From Clostridia bacterium (GTDB taxonomy: Bacteria; Bacillota; Clostridia; Oscillospirales; CAG-272): DNA of 62,728 bases. The position numbers and the translations under genes are program-made. Location of the stretch: contig JAFTXE010000125.1 of assembly GCA_017461745.1 (NCBI GenBank), forward strand, positions 1 to 62,728, in the 5' to 3' direction. Below the pieces are notes generated by a model. It had not been told where the DNA came from, did not search any database, and saw only the letters and a program-made list of their open reading frames with translations. Below, one piece after another: positions 29,284 to 38,745 of this stretch (position 1 is its first letter; the number at the start of each line of letters is the position of its first letter).

Positions 29284-30474
29284 TTAGAGCATTGTCATTC
29301 CGCTGTCCTCTGACTCGGAAGGCTCAATGCCTTGCGCTATGTCATCAAGCATATCCATTCGTGTGCATATTGCATCACAGAGCGCATCGACACGGTCTTG
29401 CGTGAGGTATTCGGATTGACTTAATAAGTCATATATTTCATTCTCGATGCCGTCAAGGTCAGATATATCAAACACTGACAGGTCGGTTACCAATTCCAAG
29501 TTCCCAGAAGGATTCTTTTTCCACAAGGGACACTTTATATTAGAATCGTCCTCAGCATTTATCTGCGAGTCTATCTTATTGAACCACAGTGAATTTCCGC
29601 AATCGTATATGGGAGCCATTCCTATCCATTCAAGCGTTACGGCATTCCTGATCAAGCCGAAATTATTCAAGTGCCTATCCTCATTTACCGTCAGATAATC
29701 GAGAATGAGCATCTTTTCCATCTGCTCTCTTGCATCCTTTATGCCGAGCTTTTCACAGCAGTCGATATAAAAATCGTACTCGGATACCTCATTCCTACGC
29801 TTGAATGCCATCATAACGTATGCGGCTGACACAAGCTCAGTTTCGGGTGTAATGAAATTCTCGCAGTAACAGCATACCTCATCGTGTTCATTTATAAGTC
29901 CGTAGGTAACGTGAGGAATACCGAGGCGCTCGGCTATCATAGACGCTATAACTTCATTGTACGCTTCCTGATGATAGGGTGCGCTTGAGCCTTTAACAAG
30001 TACGCGCTTACCGTTCAGTATCTTCCATTTCTTTTTCAGATTACCGTTCGCCGTATTATCGGGGGAGAAGAGGCTCATTGAGTCACTCGACTTGCCCTTG
30101 CCAAAGAGTACGTTTCCTATATCCTCGGAAAAATCGTTATCAAAGAAGTTGATGCTTTTCCAATCCAAAGGCGCATCTACGGGTGATATCCAATACTGAT
30201 CGGACAGACTGAGACCGAAGCATTTGTGTATAAGCTCCTGTGCAGAGGAAATATCCAACGTATCAAGCACATCACGAATTCCTTGACGGCTTGCGGGTAT
30301 GGATCGGTTCATCCACCACTTGTTGAGTATCTTACGGTCAACGCCGATCTTGTTATAAGTTCCAATGGGAAGATGCTCCGCGTGATATATCTTCCCAAGG
30401 GCAGTGATATTCGCAAACTCGTCCATTTCCACATCCATGACCTTAACGTCACGGTGCATAAGCGTATATAACAC
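29284..30474 (-). CDS. HipA-like protein kinase
   Basis: NGNLKKKW, NEVIAS, NEDRHLNNFG, APIYDCG; GTG start after AAAGGAG. Confidence 0.82.
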   Translation of the reverse strand: MLYTLMHRDVKVMDVEMDEFANITALGKIYHAEHLPIGTYNKIGVDRKILNKWWMNRSIPASRQGIRDVLDTLDISSAQELIHKCFGLSLSDQYWISPVDAPLDWKSINFFDNDFSEDIGNVLFGKGKSSDSMSLFSPDNTANGNLKKKWKILNGKRVLVKGSSAPYHQEAYNEVIASMIAERLGIPHVTYGLINEHDEVCCYCENFITPETELVSAAYVMMAFKRRNEVSEYDFYIDCCEKLGIKDAREQMEKMLILDYLTVNEDRHLNNFGLIRNAVTLEWIGMAPIYDCGNSLWFNKIDSQINAEDDSNIKCPLWKKNPSGNLELVTDLSVFDISDLDGIENEIYDLLSQSEYLTQDRVDALCDAICTRMDMLDDIAQGIEPSESEDSGMTML

Positions 30475-30505
30475 GGTATCATCTCCTTTTCGTCTTATTT
30501 TATCC

Positions 30506-30534
30506 ATTATACCACACTTTCTGCAAAAATGCAA
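30506..30534 (-). promoter_or_regulatory. Sigma-A promoter of the HipA-like gene
   Basis: TTGCAT-17 nt-TATAAT with TG extension. Confidence 0.65.
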
Positions 30535-30543
30535 TAGAAATAA

Positions 30544-31119
30544 TCAATCGGGGATTATCCATTTTCTTATAAGTCTCTCGCCGTCAACGTCATCTATGGA
30601 ATCCTCGCAGAGATGTCCGAAATAGCGTGAGAGAAATCTCTTTATATCGTCCTTGCTCGCGCGTTTGCAGTCAAAGCCTTGGTCGTTTATCTGCTTTTCA
30701 AGGCGGTTGAGCATAGCGAAGGTCTGCTCATTACCTGTTTTCGGAATGCGATAGCAGAACATAAACTCGCGGGCGGTGGACATCTGAAGCTGTATATCGT
30801 CGAGGAATTTCATATCCCGCCTAAGCAGTAGCTGTACCTTGAGATTCTGTTCCTTTTCCGCTTTTTTAGCAAGCGACAGCTTATTGTACTCAAAGTTCTC
30901 ACGAGCATCGGAACAGATTATCTCTATATCGGGCTGTACCGTGAGGAGCTGCATAAGGTGCTGTATCTTCAGCTCGATGTTCGCTTCCGACAGTACGGAT
31001 ATATTGCTCGGCTGCACGAGAAAGTATACAAGCTCACCGTGATTCTCGGTTTGAAGTCCGTTCCTCGAAAAATGGCTTATGCCAATAAGCTCGGCGGTGG
31101 ATAGCTTTCTTTTAGCCAT
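30544..31119 (-). CDS. Conjugation protein (TrsD-like, precedes VirB4)
   Basis: Position between the virB3-like gene and virB4; V.P.NISVLS, STAREF. Confidence 0.6.
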   Translation of the reverse strand: MAKRKLSTAELIGISHFSRNGLQTENHGELVYFLVQPSNISVLSEANIELKIQHLMQLLTVQPDIEIICSDARENFEYNKLSLAKKAEKEQNLKVQLLLRRDMKFLDDIQLQMSTAREFMFCYRIPKTGNEQTFAMLNRLEKQINDQGFDCKRASKDDIKRFLSRYFGHLCEDSIDDVDGERLIRKWIIPD

Positions 31120-31393
31120 GTCTTTTTCTCTCCTTCCATTCAAAGTATTGCTGTGTTCCAATAAAAAAGCTCCATGCCCGTTTTATAAAATCGAGTATGG
31201 AGAAATCGTCAAGCCGTATCGTGAGAAATCCGAATACAAGCGTTAAGGCGGCGGGAAATATAAGCCCCAGCTTTGCCCATGACACTGCTGATATCGCAAG
31301 GGCGATGCCGAGGATTATAATATCCCTGAGCGACCAGAACCATAGCTTGACCGACGTTCTCATGTTTTGTGGGTAGATATACTGTCTTTTCAT
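31112..31393 (-). CDS. VirB3/PrgI-like small membrane protein
   Basis: YIYPQNM..LWFWSLRD followed by two TM helices. Confidence 0.65.
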   Translation of the reverse strand: MKRQYIYPQNMRTSVKLWFWSLRDIIILGIALAISAVSWAKLGLIFPAALTLVFGFLTIRLDDFSILDFIKRAWSFFIGTQQYFEWKERKRHG

Positions 31394-31403
31394 CGTGTCT
31401 CCT

Positions 31404-32093
31404 TTACATGTCCAATGTAGGTTCATTACGGGTTATATTAAACGTCTCGTCATTTCTTATGTTGGGGCAGCACCACGGTTCATATTCAATAACAATTTCA
31501 TTTTCTCTTACGATTGCCGATATAACGTTATCTGAATAGGATTTCAGAATCTCCGTAACGATTAAATATTTGATATCAGTGTCATTAACGATATCTATAC
31601 CAAATCTGCCATTAAAGTAGTCTTCCGTAAATAATACCTTACTCGATGATGTAAGGCACTCTGCGCCATCAAAAACCATCTCACCTGAAATTAACCTTGC
31701 ATATTCTTTTTTGTCAATGTAGCTCACAAGACTTAAAGGTCTTAGCTCCTGTATGTCTTTACACGTCATGCGACACTGCTTCTTAAGTATGCTATATATT
31801 TCTTCGGCATTATGGTTATGAGAAAGGGTGTGTATCAAACTCTCAATAATATGATTTTTATGTTCAAGCATGAGCTTGTTGACTTTATCGTAAAGGTAAT
31901 GATAGTTATTATCGATATACTCGCATACGGTTTGCTTTAAATTTAAATTTTCAGTATAGCGGCGACGCATCGAAACGGATGTTATACATCTTCCTTTTGC
32001 TTCAATATTAAGTCTGTAATCATATCCTTGACAGTCGAATGATAATTCTTCGTAAGTTACTATAAACCCTCTGTATTTGAAAGTCTTTAACAT
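31404..32093 (-). CDS. Hypothetical protein (AT-rich, between the virB6-like and virB3-like genes)
   Basis: 229-aa ORF with AGGAG RBS. Confidence 0.6.
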   Translation of the reverse strand: MLKTFKYRGFIVTYEELSFDCQGYDYRLNIEAKGRCITSVSMRRRYTENLNLKQTVCEYIDNNYHYLYDKVNKLMLEHKNHIIESLIHTLSHNHNAEEIYSILKKQCRMTCKDIQELRPLSLVSYIDKKEYARLISGEMVFDGAECLTSSSKVLFTEDYFNGRFGIDIVNDTDIKYLIVTEILKSYSDNVISAIVRENEIVIEYEPWCCPNIRNDETFNITRNEPTLDM

Positions 32094-32105
32094 ATCCTCT
32101 CTCCT

Positions 32106-33032
32106 TTATTTTTTCGCTATCATTCTGCCTATATTGATTGCCGATGTGGTCGTGTGTACCGCGCTCATGGCGTTCACTCTCATGCTTGTATCAAGTCCGA
32201 ACTGCTGTGCAATGCGAGGCACTTCGTTTGCCGCAAGCATAACTCCGAGACCGAGCATCGGGTGTGTCTGCATGGTTATAAGCCCCATAAACAAGAGCGT
32301 GTTCTGCATAAAGGTGGTAAAGCAGATAGCAATTATCTGCTTACACCATCCCGTAAAGCCTTCGGTATATCCTCTCGGCAGACTGAACATGTGAAGGCTT
32401 CCCACGGCTATCTGCGTGAGCAGGATACCGCCGCGCTTTATATTGGCAAAGAAGCATTTTACTATACAATAGCCTGTGCAAATAAGTATAAGCAATGACA
32501 GCAAAGGGTTAGTTATCATCTGGGCATTGGGTACAAACATAACAAGGACGTTTTGCGCTGCTTCTTCTATGCTCATATTCATACCGGCAACGTTTATTGC
32601 AAGATCGTTCACAAAGGTGTTCTGAAGATTTACGCAAAAACGGAACAGCTCTACGGGGACTTTGGTAAACAGATTTACCGCAAGCAAGCCCCATATAAAC
32701 GGCAACACTTGCTTTTTTATGTTTACCCGCCCCATCGACTGATACTCAATGGCTATATCAAATATGGCAACAACAAGACCTGCAAGGAATAAGCCCCATC
32801 CGAAAAGTGAGAAGAATTCGAGGGCAGCTTCTACCCATGAGAGTCCAAAAAGCCCAGCGCCTATATCGGTCATCATTGTTATAAAATCCGCAAAAGCTCC
32901 GTATATGAGAGAATACAGCCACTCCATAAATTTGCCCCATATACTGTCCGAGATTCCTTCCCAAGCTGACGATAGTGCAGAGCCTATGGAATTACCTACG
33001 CCGCCTATAAGATCGGGGATCCAAGAAAACAT
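32106..33032 (-). CDS. VirB6/TrbL-like polytopic membrane protein
   Basis: Multiple TM segments; follows the VirB2-like gene. Confidence 0.75.
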   Translation of the reverse strand: MFSWIPDLIGGVGNSIGSALSSAWEGISDSIWGKFMEWLYSLIYGAFADFITMMTDIGAGLFGLSWVEAALEFFSLFGWGLFLAGLVVAIFDIAIEYQSMGRVNIKKQVLPFIWGLLAVNLFTKVPVELFRFCVNLQNTFVNDLAINVAGMNMSIEEAAQNVLVMFVPNAQMITNPLLSLLILICTGYCIVKCFFANIKRGGILLTQIAVGSLHMFSLPRGYTEGFTGWCKQIIAICFTTFMQNTLLFMGLITMQTHPMLGLGVMLAANEVPRIAQQFGLDTSMRVNAMSAVHTTTSAINIGRMIAKK

Positions 33033-33053
33033 TGTTTCACCTCTCTCACGATG

Positions 33054-33392
33054 CTACATTCCAAGGATATCCCAGATATAAAGCGGGCAGGTAAGCGAGA
33101 AGATAAGCGTCGCTAAAAGTATCGCAGGAGGCGCCCATTCAAATTGCCCATGCTTTCGGTAGTCCATATAGGATGTTGCTATCTTCACAAACAGCAGGAC
33201 GGCGAGAATAAGGTCTATTACGGGAAATACCACCTTATTGACAACGTCCTTTATTTGTCCTTTGGCATCGTTCCATGTATTCTCAACAGCTCCCGCGACG
33301 TCTCCCGTGGCTGCAAAAGCGCTTACGCTGAACAGCGAGAGCAGAAGAAGCGAAAGAAGTAGCATGGCTAATATTTTTTTGTTACATTTCAT
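33054..33392 (-). CDS. VirB2-like (DUF3852) conjugation subunit
   Basis: Signal peptide ending AFA, GDVAGAVENTW, two hydrophobic helices. Confidence 0.7.
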   Translation of the reverse strand: MKCNKKILAMLLLSLLLLSLFSVSAFAATGDVAGAVENTWNDAKGQIKDVVNKVVFPVIDLILAVLLFVKIATSYMDYRKHGQFEWAPPAILLATLIFSLTCPLYIWDILGM

Positions 33393-33738
33393 GTGTCATT
33401 GTCCTTTCTGTTTTATATTGTTCATAGAGGTGTTCGGGAATATATTTCACCCTGATACCGTGTTTGAGCGCAAAGCATATTTCATTTGTCATTCCCCGTG
33501 TTACTCTATCACCGAAATACCACAGCTCGTCGCATTCCGAAAGCAAAGAGAGTCCGGCGTTTATGCCGAACTCTCTGTCTTGGCTGTTGTTATCATCGAG
33601 AAACTGCGTAAAGTATATGTGCGGGGCGACAGGAATGTGTCCAAACTCTCTGACAACGTATTCGCAATAGATACGGGCAAGCTTTATGTTTTCCTCTTGA
33701 TTACCGCGAAGAGCAGAACAAACATATACTTTCCTCAT
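33382..33738 (-). CDS. Nucleoside-deoxyribosyltransferase-like (DUF4406-type) protein
   Basis: VYVCS.LRG, PVAPH.YF.QFLDD, CDELW.FG...GM..EI. Confidence 0.7.
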   Translation of the reverse strand: MRKVYVCSALRGNQEENIKLARIYCEYVVREFGHIPVAPHIYFTQFLDDNNSQDREFGINAGLSLLSECDELWYFGDRVTRGMTNEICFALKHGIRVKYIPEHLYEQYKTERTMTHEM

Positions 33739-33739
33739 A

Positions 33740-36064
33740 TCAGTTTCCCACGTAGTAATCGTCGAATATATTGCCTTCAACCATGACGCAATCGGTGTTT
33801 CCTACAGCGGTTATCATTCCCGCAGGTGTCCATATATCCATAGCTGTCACAGATATAACGTAGTCTCCGTCATCACACCAAACAGGAATATAATGGAGTC
33901 TCTCGTTTTCGTCTGCGCCTTCGTTTTCGACAAAGCTCCAAGTACCGTTTACATTTTCAAGAACTCGGTATTTGCCGTCCTCACACAGATATCTGTATTC
34001 GGGGAAGGTTGTGTAAACTGTCTGTATATCGGTGTAGCAGTAATCATCGGGAAGCTCATATCCTGAAAGGCTTTCAAAAAACGGACAACCGTATATGGAT
34101 ATTCCGTATCCCGACTTTATGTTCCACTTGCCGTTCTCATATACAGCGGTTTTACAGGTGCTTGCGGGGGAGACGTAGATCTCTGAGAGGTTTACTTTGA
34201 CACCGTACTTTTTCAGTACAAACCTTCCGTACTCATACTCCCACATATTCCAAGACGCGCTGCCCGCATTTACAGCAGGAGCGTTTGTTGGAGCGTAGTC
34301 GCTCGGTCTGCTCTCGCTGTATGAGGGGTTCTCGGTCTGCGAGGTGCGTTTTGGAGCTATGACAGTTTCAAGTGTGGCAACGTTATTATCGAGGACAGGC
34401 TCTTTAAGCTTACCGTCGGTATTTATAGAGCATTCGCAGTAAACCGTAACGTCAGCCAATCCGTCGGGGACAGTCCATCTGAAATAAATGAGATTTTGTT
34501 CCTCCGCGGGAACTACGTAATGCTCCCACGCCTGTTTACTTATAGTTACAACAGCATCGCCGTCATAGTAATACACGAAGAAGTATGCCGTTGCATTTGT
34601 TGTAGGATACACGTTTCTCTCGCTGTCGTTGGCTATGAGATAGCTTGTTGTTACCTCTGTTCCTTCGGTGTATCGGGCGTTACCCGTAAGCAAAATAACG
34701 TCAAATCCAAACTCATCCTTTTTGGTGTATATTTCAAGCGTCACTCTGTTATTATTTGGATTAACTTCTTTTGATCTATCATTCCAATTTATTCGGGCTT
34801 CAAGCGTATGCGTACCTAACACCGTACCTACATCAACCGTATATGTCAGATATGCCACTCCGTATTCTTCAAAGTCCACATAAGAACGAGCTACAAGGAC
34901 GTTGTCAAAGTACAGCTCTACGGGGATATCGTAATAGGCTTTGTCGTAATCCCAATTATCCGTTCGCACCGATACGGTTATATCCGAGTTTGCGAAGATT
35001 TCTTCTTCATCCACAGTCAGATCAGAGATTGAAAACTCATAGTCTTCCCATATCGCATACAGCGTTTGATTCAAGCCCATCGTATAGGTATCCCCGGGCT
35101 GATAATTAGGCGTTGTATCGCTTGAATACGTTCCCCAACCGCGGAATACATATCCCGAACGAGTAGGAACTTCGTTGCCTATTGTAACAGTATAATCGTA
35201 GTATTGTGTTTGCGAAGCGGGAACGGCTCCTGTGCCGCCATTGGCATCAAAATACACGGTATATTTGTTTCGGAGGTACTCGAAGTCTACGTTCATCGTT
35301 CTATTGTCGCAATAAGTGAAGTAGCCATCCTCATCTTCATCAAACTCATTATAATACTTATCTTCACAAGTACCGTTTATAATATCCCACTCCATACTTG
35401 TTATGGGAGATGCTATATTCTCGTAATCATCAACCCACTTATATGTGAAATTTCCGGATATATACTGTTTCCATCCGCTTCTTATGGTAAAACCCGTGTA
35501 AGATCTGCCCATCGACACATATCGTCCTGTATTTGTTACAATTTCTCTGGAATAAGTAACAGGATAATAAGAATACGAAAGAGTATTTCCGTAAGGTTCT
35601 TGTTTTATATGTCTTTCAATAAGCGTTATATCGTTGAACTTATCCATATAGACGGTAACGTTCAGCTGATCCTTGCTCAATGCAGTTCTGAAATAATATT
35701 TAATATAAATATCTCCGTAGATCTGCAAACCGTGACTATCACCAAGCTTACACGTCTCCCATAGCCCTTGATCGCTTGAAAAAGCTGTGGTACGATATCC
35801 GTATATCTTGACTATTGTTAATGTTTCCTCACTTTTCTTTGTTTTCAGATTAACAGTTTTTATGAGTGATCCCGTATCCTCATCGTAGCAATTTACTACT
35901 ATGGTTCTGTCGCATTCAGCGGAATCGAAAAGATATCTTGTAGAAGAAGTACCATCGGGTTCATAGGGTACAGAAGTTCCGTAGGCGCTTGCGGATATAC
36001 CGAGAACGCAAAACAGAATGACCATCAGCCCAAGCGTGAGAAATATTTTAAACCGGTTCTTCAA
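33740..36064 (-). CDS. Large secreted/surface protein with InlB-B (Flg_new) repeat and Ig-like domains; candidate mating adhesin
   Basis: Signal peptide; YTVYFDANGG...PTRSGYVFRGW...TLYAIW; CARDB-like E....NN motif. Confidence 0.7.
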   Translation of the reverse strand: MKNRFKIFLTLGLMVILFCVLGISASAYGTSVPYEPDGTSSTRYLFDSAECDRTIVVNCYDEDTGSLIKTVNLKTKKSEETLTIVKIYGYRTTAFSSDQGLWETCKLGDSHGLQIYGDIYIKYYFRTALSKDQLNVTVYMDKFNDITLIERHIKQEPYGNTLSYSYYPVTYSREIVTNTGRYVSMGRSYTGFTIRSGWKQYISGNFTYKWVDDYENIASPITSMEWDIINGTCEDKYYNEFDEDEDGYFTYCDNRTMNVDFEYLRNKYTVYFDANGGTGAVPASQTQYYDYTVTIGNEVPTRSGYVFRGWGTYSSDTTPNYQPGDTYTMGLNQTLYAIWEDYEFSISDLTVDEEEIFANSDITVSVRTDNWDYDKAYYDIPVELYFDNVLVARSYVDFEEYGVAYLTYTVDVGTVLGTHTLEARINWNDRSKEVNPNNNRVTLEIYTKKDEFGFDVILLTGNARYTEGTEVTTSYLIANDSERNVYPTTNATAYFFVYYYDGDAVVTISKQAWEHYVVPAEEQNLIYFRWTVPDGLADVTVYCECSINTDGKLKEPVLDNNVATLETVIAPKRTSQTENPSYSESRPSDYAPTNAPAVNAGSASWNMWEYEYGRFVLKKYGVKVNLSEIYVSPASTCKTAVYENGKWNIKSGYGISIYGCPFFESLSGYELPDDYCYTDIQTVYTTFPEYRYLCEDGKYRVLENVNGTWSFVENEGADENERLHYIPVWCDDGDYVISVTAMDIWTPAGMITAVGNTDCVMVEGNIFDDYYVGN

Positions 36065-36648
36065 GAGGATACCTCCGCGCTATACACATAGCTGAAATCT
36101 GTATTCTCATCGAAGCCGAATTCATCGCAGACTTTCTTCGTAAATTCATTGGCATTAAGTCCATTTGAAGATATACACTCTGCAAGTCTGTCGCAAAGGG
36201 TATCGAACTCTACATCTCCTATATTCTCAAAAAACTCGAAATAAAATCTCTGTACCTGACATATTGCCAAAGCAGAATATTCTCTATCGACAAATTCGTT
36301 TATGAGTAAGAGCATAGTATCGAGAATGAGGTTTACCTCATATTCCTTACCTTCATTCTCCATAGCTTGAAGTTTTTCAACTACATCCATATCCAGATAC
36401 ATCTCGTTTCCTTCATCAAGGTCGGGGATAGGTGTATGTCCTTCGGGCGGAGATGTGAGTTCTTCTTTTCTTCCTTCTGTTTCTGTAATACTTGTGTCAG
36501 ACTCATACGATGTTTCCTCGGCTTTTTGAATATCTTCAGTTTCTATCGTCTCATCATTATTTCGGGGAATGATAGCGATAACCACTCCCGCAATACTTGC
36601 CAGTGCGAGAACGATGCAGATTATCGTTACAACTATTTTTTTATTCAT
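36061..36648 (-). CDS. Single-TM membrane protein
   Basis: MNKK plus hydrophobic helix and an acidic extracellular part. Confidence 0.6.
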   Translation of the reverse strand: MNKKIVVTIICIVLALASIAGVVIAIIPRNNDETIETEDIQKAEETSYESDTSITETEGRKEELTSPPEGHTPIPDLDEGNEMYLDMDVVEKLQAMENEGKEYEVNLILDTMLLLINEFVDREYSALAICQVQRFYFEFFENIGDVEFDTLCDRLAECISSNGLNANEFTKKVCDEFGFDENTDFSYVYSAEVSS

Positions 36649-36979
36649 CTTCTTTTCCTTCCTTTGTTCCGTATTCAATTTTTGTGTCAATAAGTTCGGG
36701 ATCGGTGTCTCGCTCTATCTTGCTTATATCAAGCTCAACGTCAGCCTTTTCTTCAACCGTCTCTCTGTCGGCGGTATCCTGCGTTATAGGCGGGACAGTA
36801 TCGGTTTGTGCTTCCGTAGTAATAGCATCACCGCCTATTTTATCGGGTGCAGCATCGGAGGTTTGCTGTTCATTCGCTGCCGTTCCTTTTCTTACAACGC
36901 CAAAAATAATAAGACCTATAATAATGGCTGTTACTACCGCAATAATAATGGGTATAACAAGCCGTCGTTTGTTTTTCAT
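36641..36979 (-). CDS. Single-TM membrane protein with low-complexity tail
   Basis: MKNKRR plus TM helix. Confidence 0.6.
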   Translation of the reverse strand: MKNKRRLVIPIIIAVVTAIIIGLIIFGVVRKGTAANEQQTSDAAPDKIGGDAITTEAQTDTVPPITQDTADRETVEEKADVELDISKIERDTDPELIDTKIEYGTKEGKEDE

Positions 36980-36988
36980 ATTGCTCTC

Positions 36989-37450
36989 CTATTTTAATTT
37001 GTAGTAGCTGGTCACGGTTACGGGAATCTCCAAATCGGTATATACGTTGCCGTTCCATACGACAGGAAATATTGCCGTGTACTCGGCGGTGATCCCGCAA
37101 CCGTTTCCTTTGAGGACTGTGAGCGTTGGGCGTGTCATCGTGCAGTTGCCGTAGCTGTATTCTGCTGTGGTATCACTCTCAAACCCAAGCGCCTTATATG
37201 CTCCTTGCTCGAAGGCTTCCCAATCCACGTATGTCTCGTATGCCGAGCCTTGCTTGAGCGCGTCATACACTTCGGGAGAGAAGTCCGCAACGTAGCTGTC
37301 GAGCTTTAGCTGCACGTCTCGCTTTTGCACCTGAATCTGCGCTGTAAGCCCCATATAGAGAATTACAACGGAGACGAGAAGAGATATAAACAGCACTATG
37401 ACACAAAGGTAAATATAGGAGTCACCTCTCTTATTCTTCAAAAAGGTCAT
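36989..37450 (-). CDS. Tad pseudopilin (TadE/G-like)
   Basis: Class III signal KNKRG|DSYIY plus hydrophobic stretch. Confidence 0.7.
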   Translation of the reverse strand: MTFLKNKRGDSYIYLCVIVLFISLLVSVVILYMGLTAQIQVQKRDVQLKLDSYVADFSPEVYDALKQGSAYETYVDWEAFEQGAYKALGFESDTTAEYSYGNCTMTRPTLTVLKGNGCGITAEYTAIFPVVWNGNVYTDLEIPVTVTSYYKLK

Positions 37451-37458
37451 AGGCTGCC

Positions 37459-37863
37459 TCACTTCCAATATACCCTCGAAATACCCGAGGATGCGGCGTT
37501 TACGGATATGGGGTGAATAGCTTCTCCAAAGCCTATAATGCTTATGTTATAGCTGACTCTGCATACTATCTTGTCTCCGAGCTGTACCTTACCCGATTCG
37601 TCTATAAGCTCGCTTTCCTCAAAGGAATAGGTGAAGTCCACGCCTATCTTTTCTTTAAGCTCATCGGCATAATCGCCTATCGCCGTAGTTCCTTTTTGAG
37701 AGGCATATTCCACGAGCTGATCGGACACCGTCTTTATATTCTGATTGAGAGCCACGAGAGACACCATATTGACGGCGAACAGCAGAACAAAGGCAACGAT
37801 CATTACCGTAACGGCAACGTCAACGTATCCCTCGCCGTTTTTTCTTTTCAATACGTTTCTCAT
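37459..37863 (-). CDS. Tad pseudopilin (DUF4320/TadE-like)
   Basis: KRKNGEG|YVDVAV plus hydrophobic stretch; C-terminal SGISRVYWK. Confidence 0.75.
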   Translation of the reverse strand: MRNVLKRKNGEGYVDVAVTVMIVAFVLLFAVNMVSLVALNQNIKTVSDQLVEYASQKGTTAIGDYADELKEKIGVDFTYSFEESELIDESGKVQLGDKIVCRVSYNISIIGFGEAIHPISVNAASSGISRVYWK

Positions 37864-38738
37864 GTTATAAACCCTCCGAGAGAGGAGATAAGCACCTGAC
37901 CGATAACGGCAACGTATATAAGCATAAAGCAGATAAGCAATACCATAGACAGCTTACGCACCTTCTTGGGAGCTTTCTCGGCTTCTGCCTTGAGGTTCTG
38001 CCTTTGATAGTCCGAGAACTTCAAGTTAAGAGAACCCCAATAAACGCTTGTCTCATCTCCGCGTATAACGCTTATAAGACCTCTTGTCACGTCGGAGAGC
38101 ATTGCAGAGCCTACACGGGATTCAAGTCTTGTCAGAGCTACCTCGTAGTTACCCGAACGCATATCCGCAACGGTTATTTCAAGCTCTCGTTTCAGCTCCG
38201 GTCCGGCGCCTTCCTTGTAGTTATCGAGAATACCGAGAACGTCACGGTTGTGTATGAGCGTCTTTTCAATAGTCGCTACAAGCCTCGGAAGCTCGTATTC
38301 TATCATTTTACGCTTGTTTCTTATTCGGTTTGCGACCTTTTTGGAGTTGTTGAAGTAAAGGATAACCGCGCAAAAAACGATAAGCGCGGCTATGAGCTTA
38401 TTGAAAAAGAATACGGGAATAGCAAATACCCCTATAAACAGCGACTTGATAATGTTATCCGCAACGTACATTTCGGGTGTCATATCCATGTCGGCGGTTT
38501 TAAGGTCTGCGTCAAGCTGCATTCGTTTATACTCATTGAGCCTCAGCTTGCCAGACAGCCAATTGGCTATCTCCTTCAGCCATATTTCAAGGGGATTGAT
38601 CTTCTTGTTCTGCCTTTTACCGAGATTATGGGTTGCCTTGGATACAGCGTAGGAGGGGACTTTGAACCTATCCAGCAGAATGAGCGCAAGGCCGACAGAG
38701 GCAACAAGCGCCGTTATAATTGGAATTACATATTTCAT
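37860..38738 (-). CDS. tadC: Tad inner-membrane platform protein TadC
   Basis: T2SSF-like layout, ELPRLV, G....AL; second of the platform pair. Confidence 0.75.
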   Translation of the reverse strand: MKYVIPIITALVASVGLALILLDRFKVPSYAVSKATHNLGKRQNKKINPLEIWLKEIANWLSGKLRLNEYKRMQLDADLKTADMDMTPEMYVADNIIKSLFIGVFAIPVFFFNKLIAALIVFCAVILYFNNSKKVANRIRNKRKMIEYELPRLVATIEKTLIHNRDVLGILDNYKEGAGPELKRELEITVADMRSGNYEVALTRLESRVGSAMLSDVTRGLISVIRGDETSVYWGSLNLKFSDYQRQNLKAEAEKAPKKVRKLSMVLLICFMLIYVAVIGQVLISSLGGFIT

Positions 38739-38745
38739 ATCTGCC

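Noticed and set aside
33054-33738. C-terminal Met in the VirB2-like protein (ILGM) and the DUF4406-like protein (TMTHEM) as tag instances
   Set aside because: No acidic linker; the first follows a TM helix and the second overlaps the next gene's start, so both were left out of the count.
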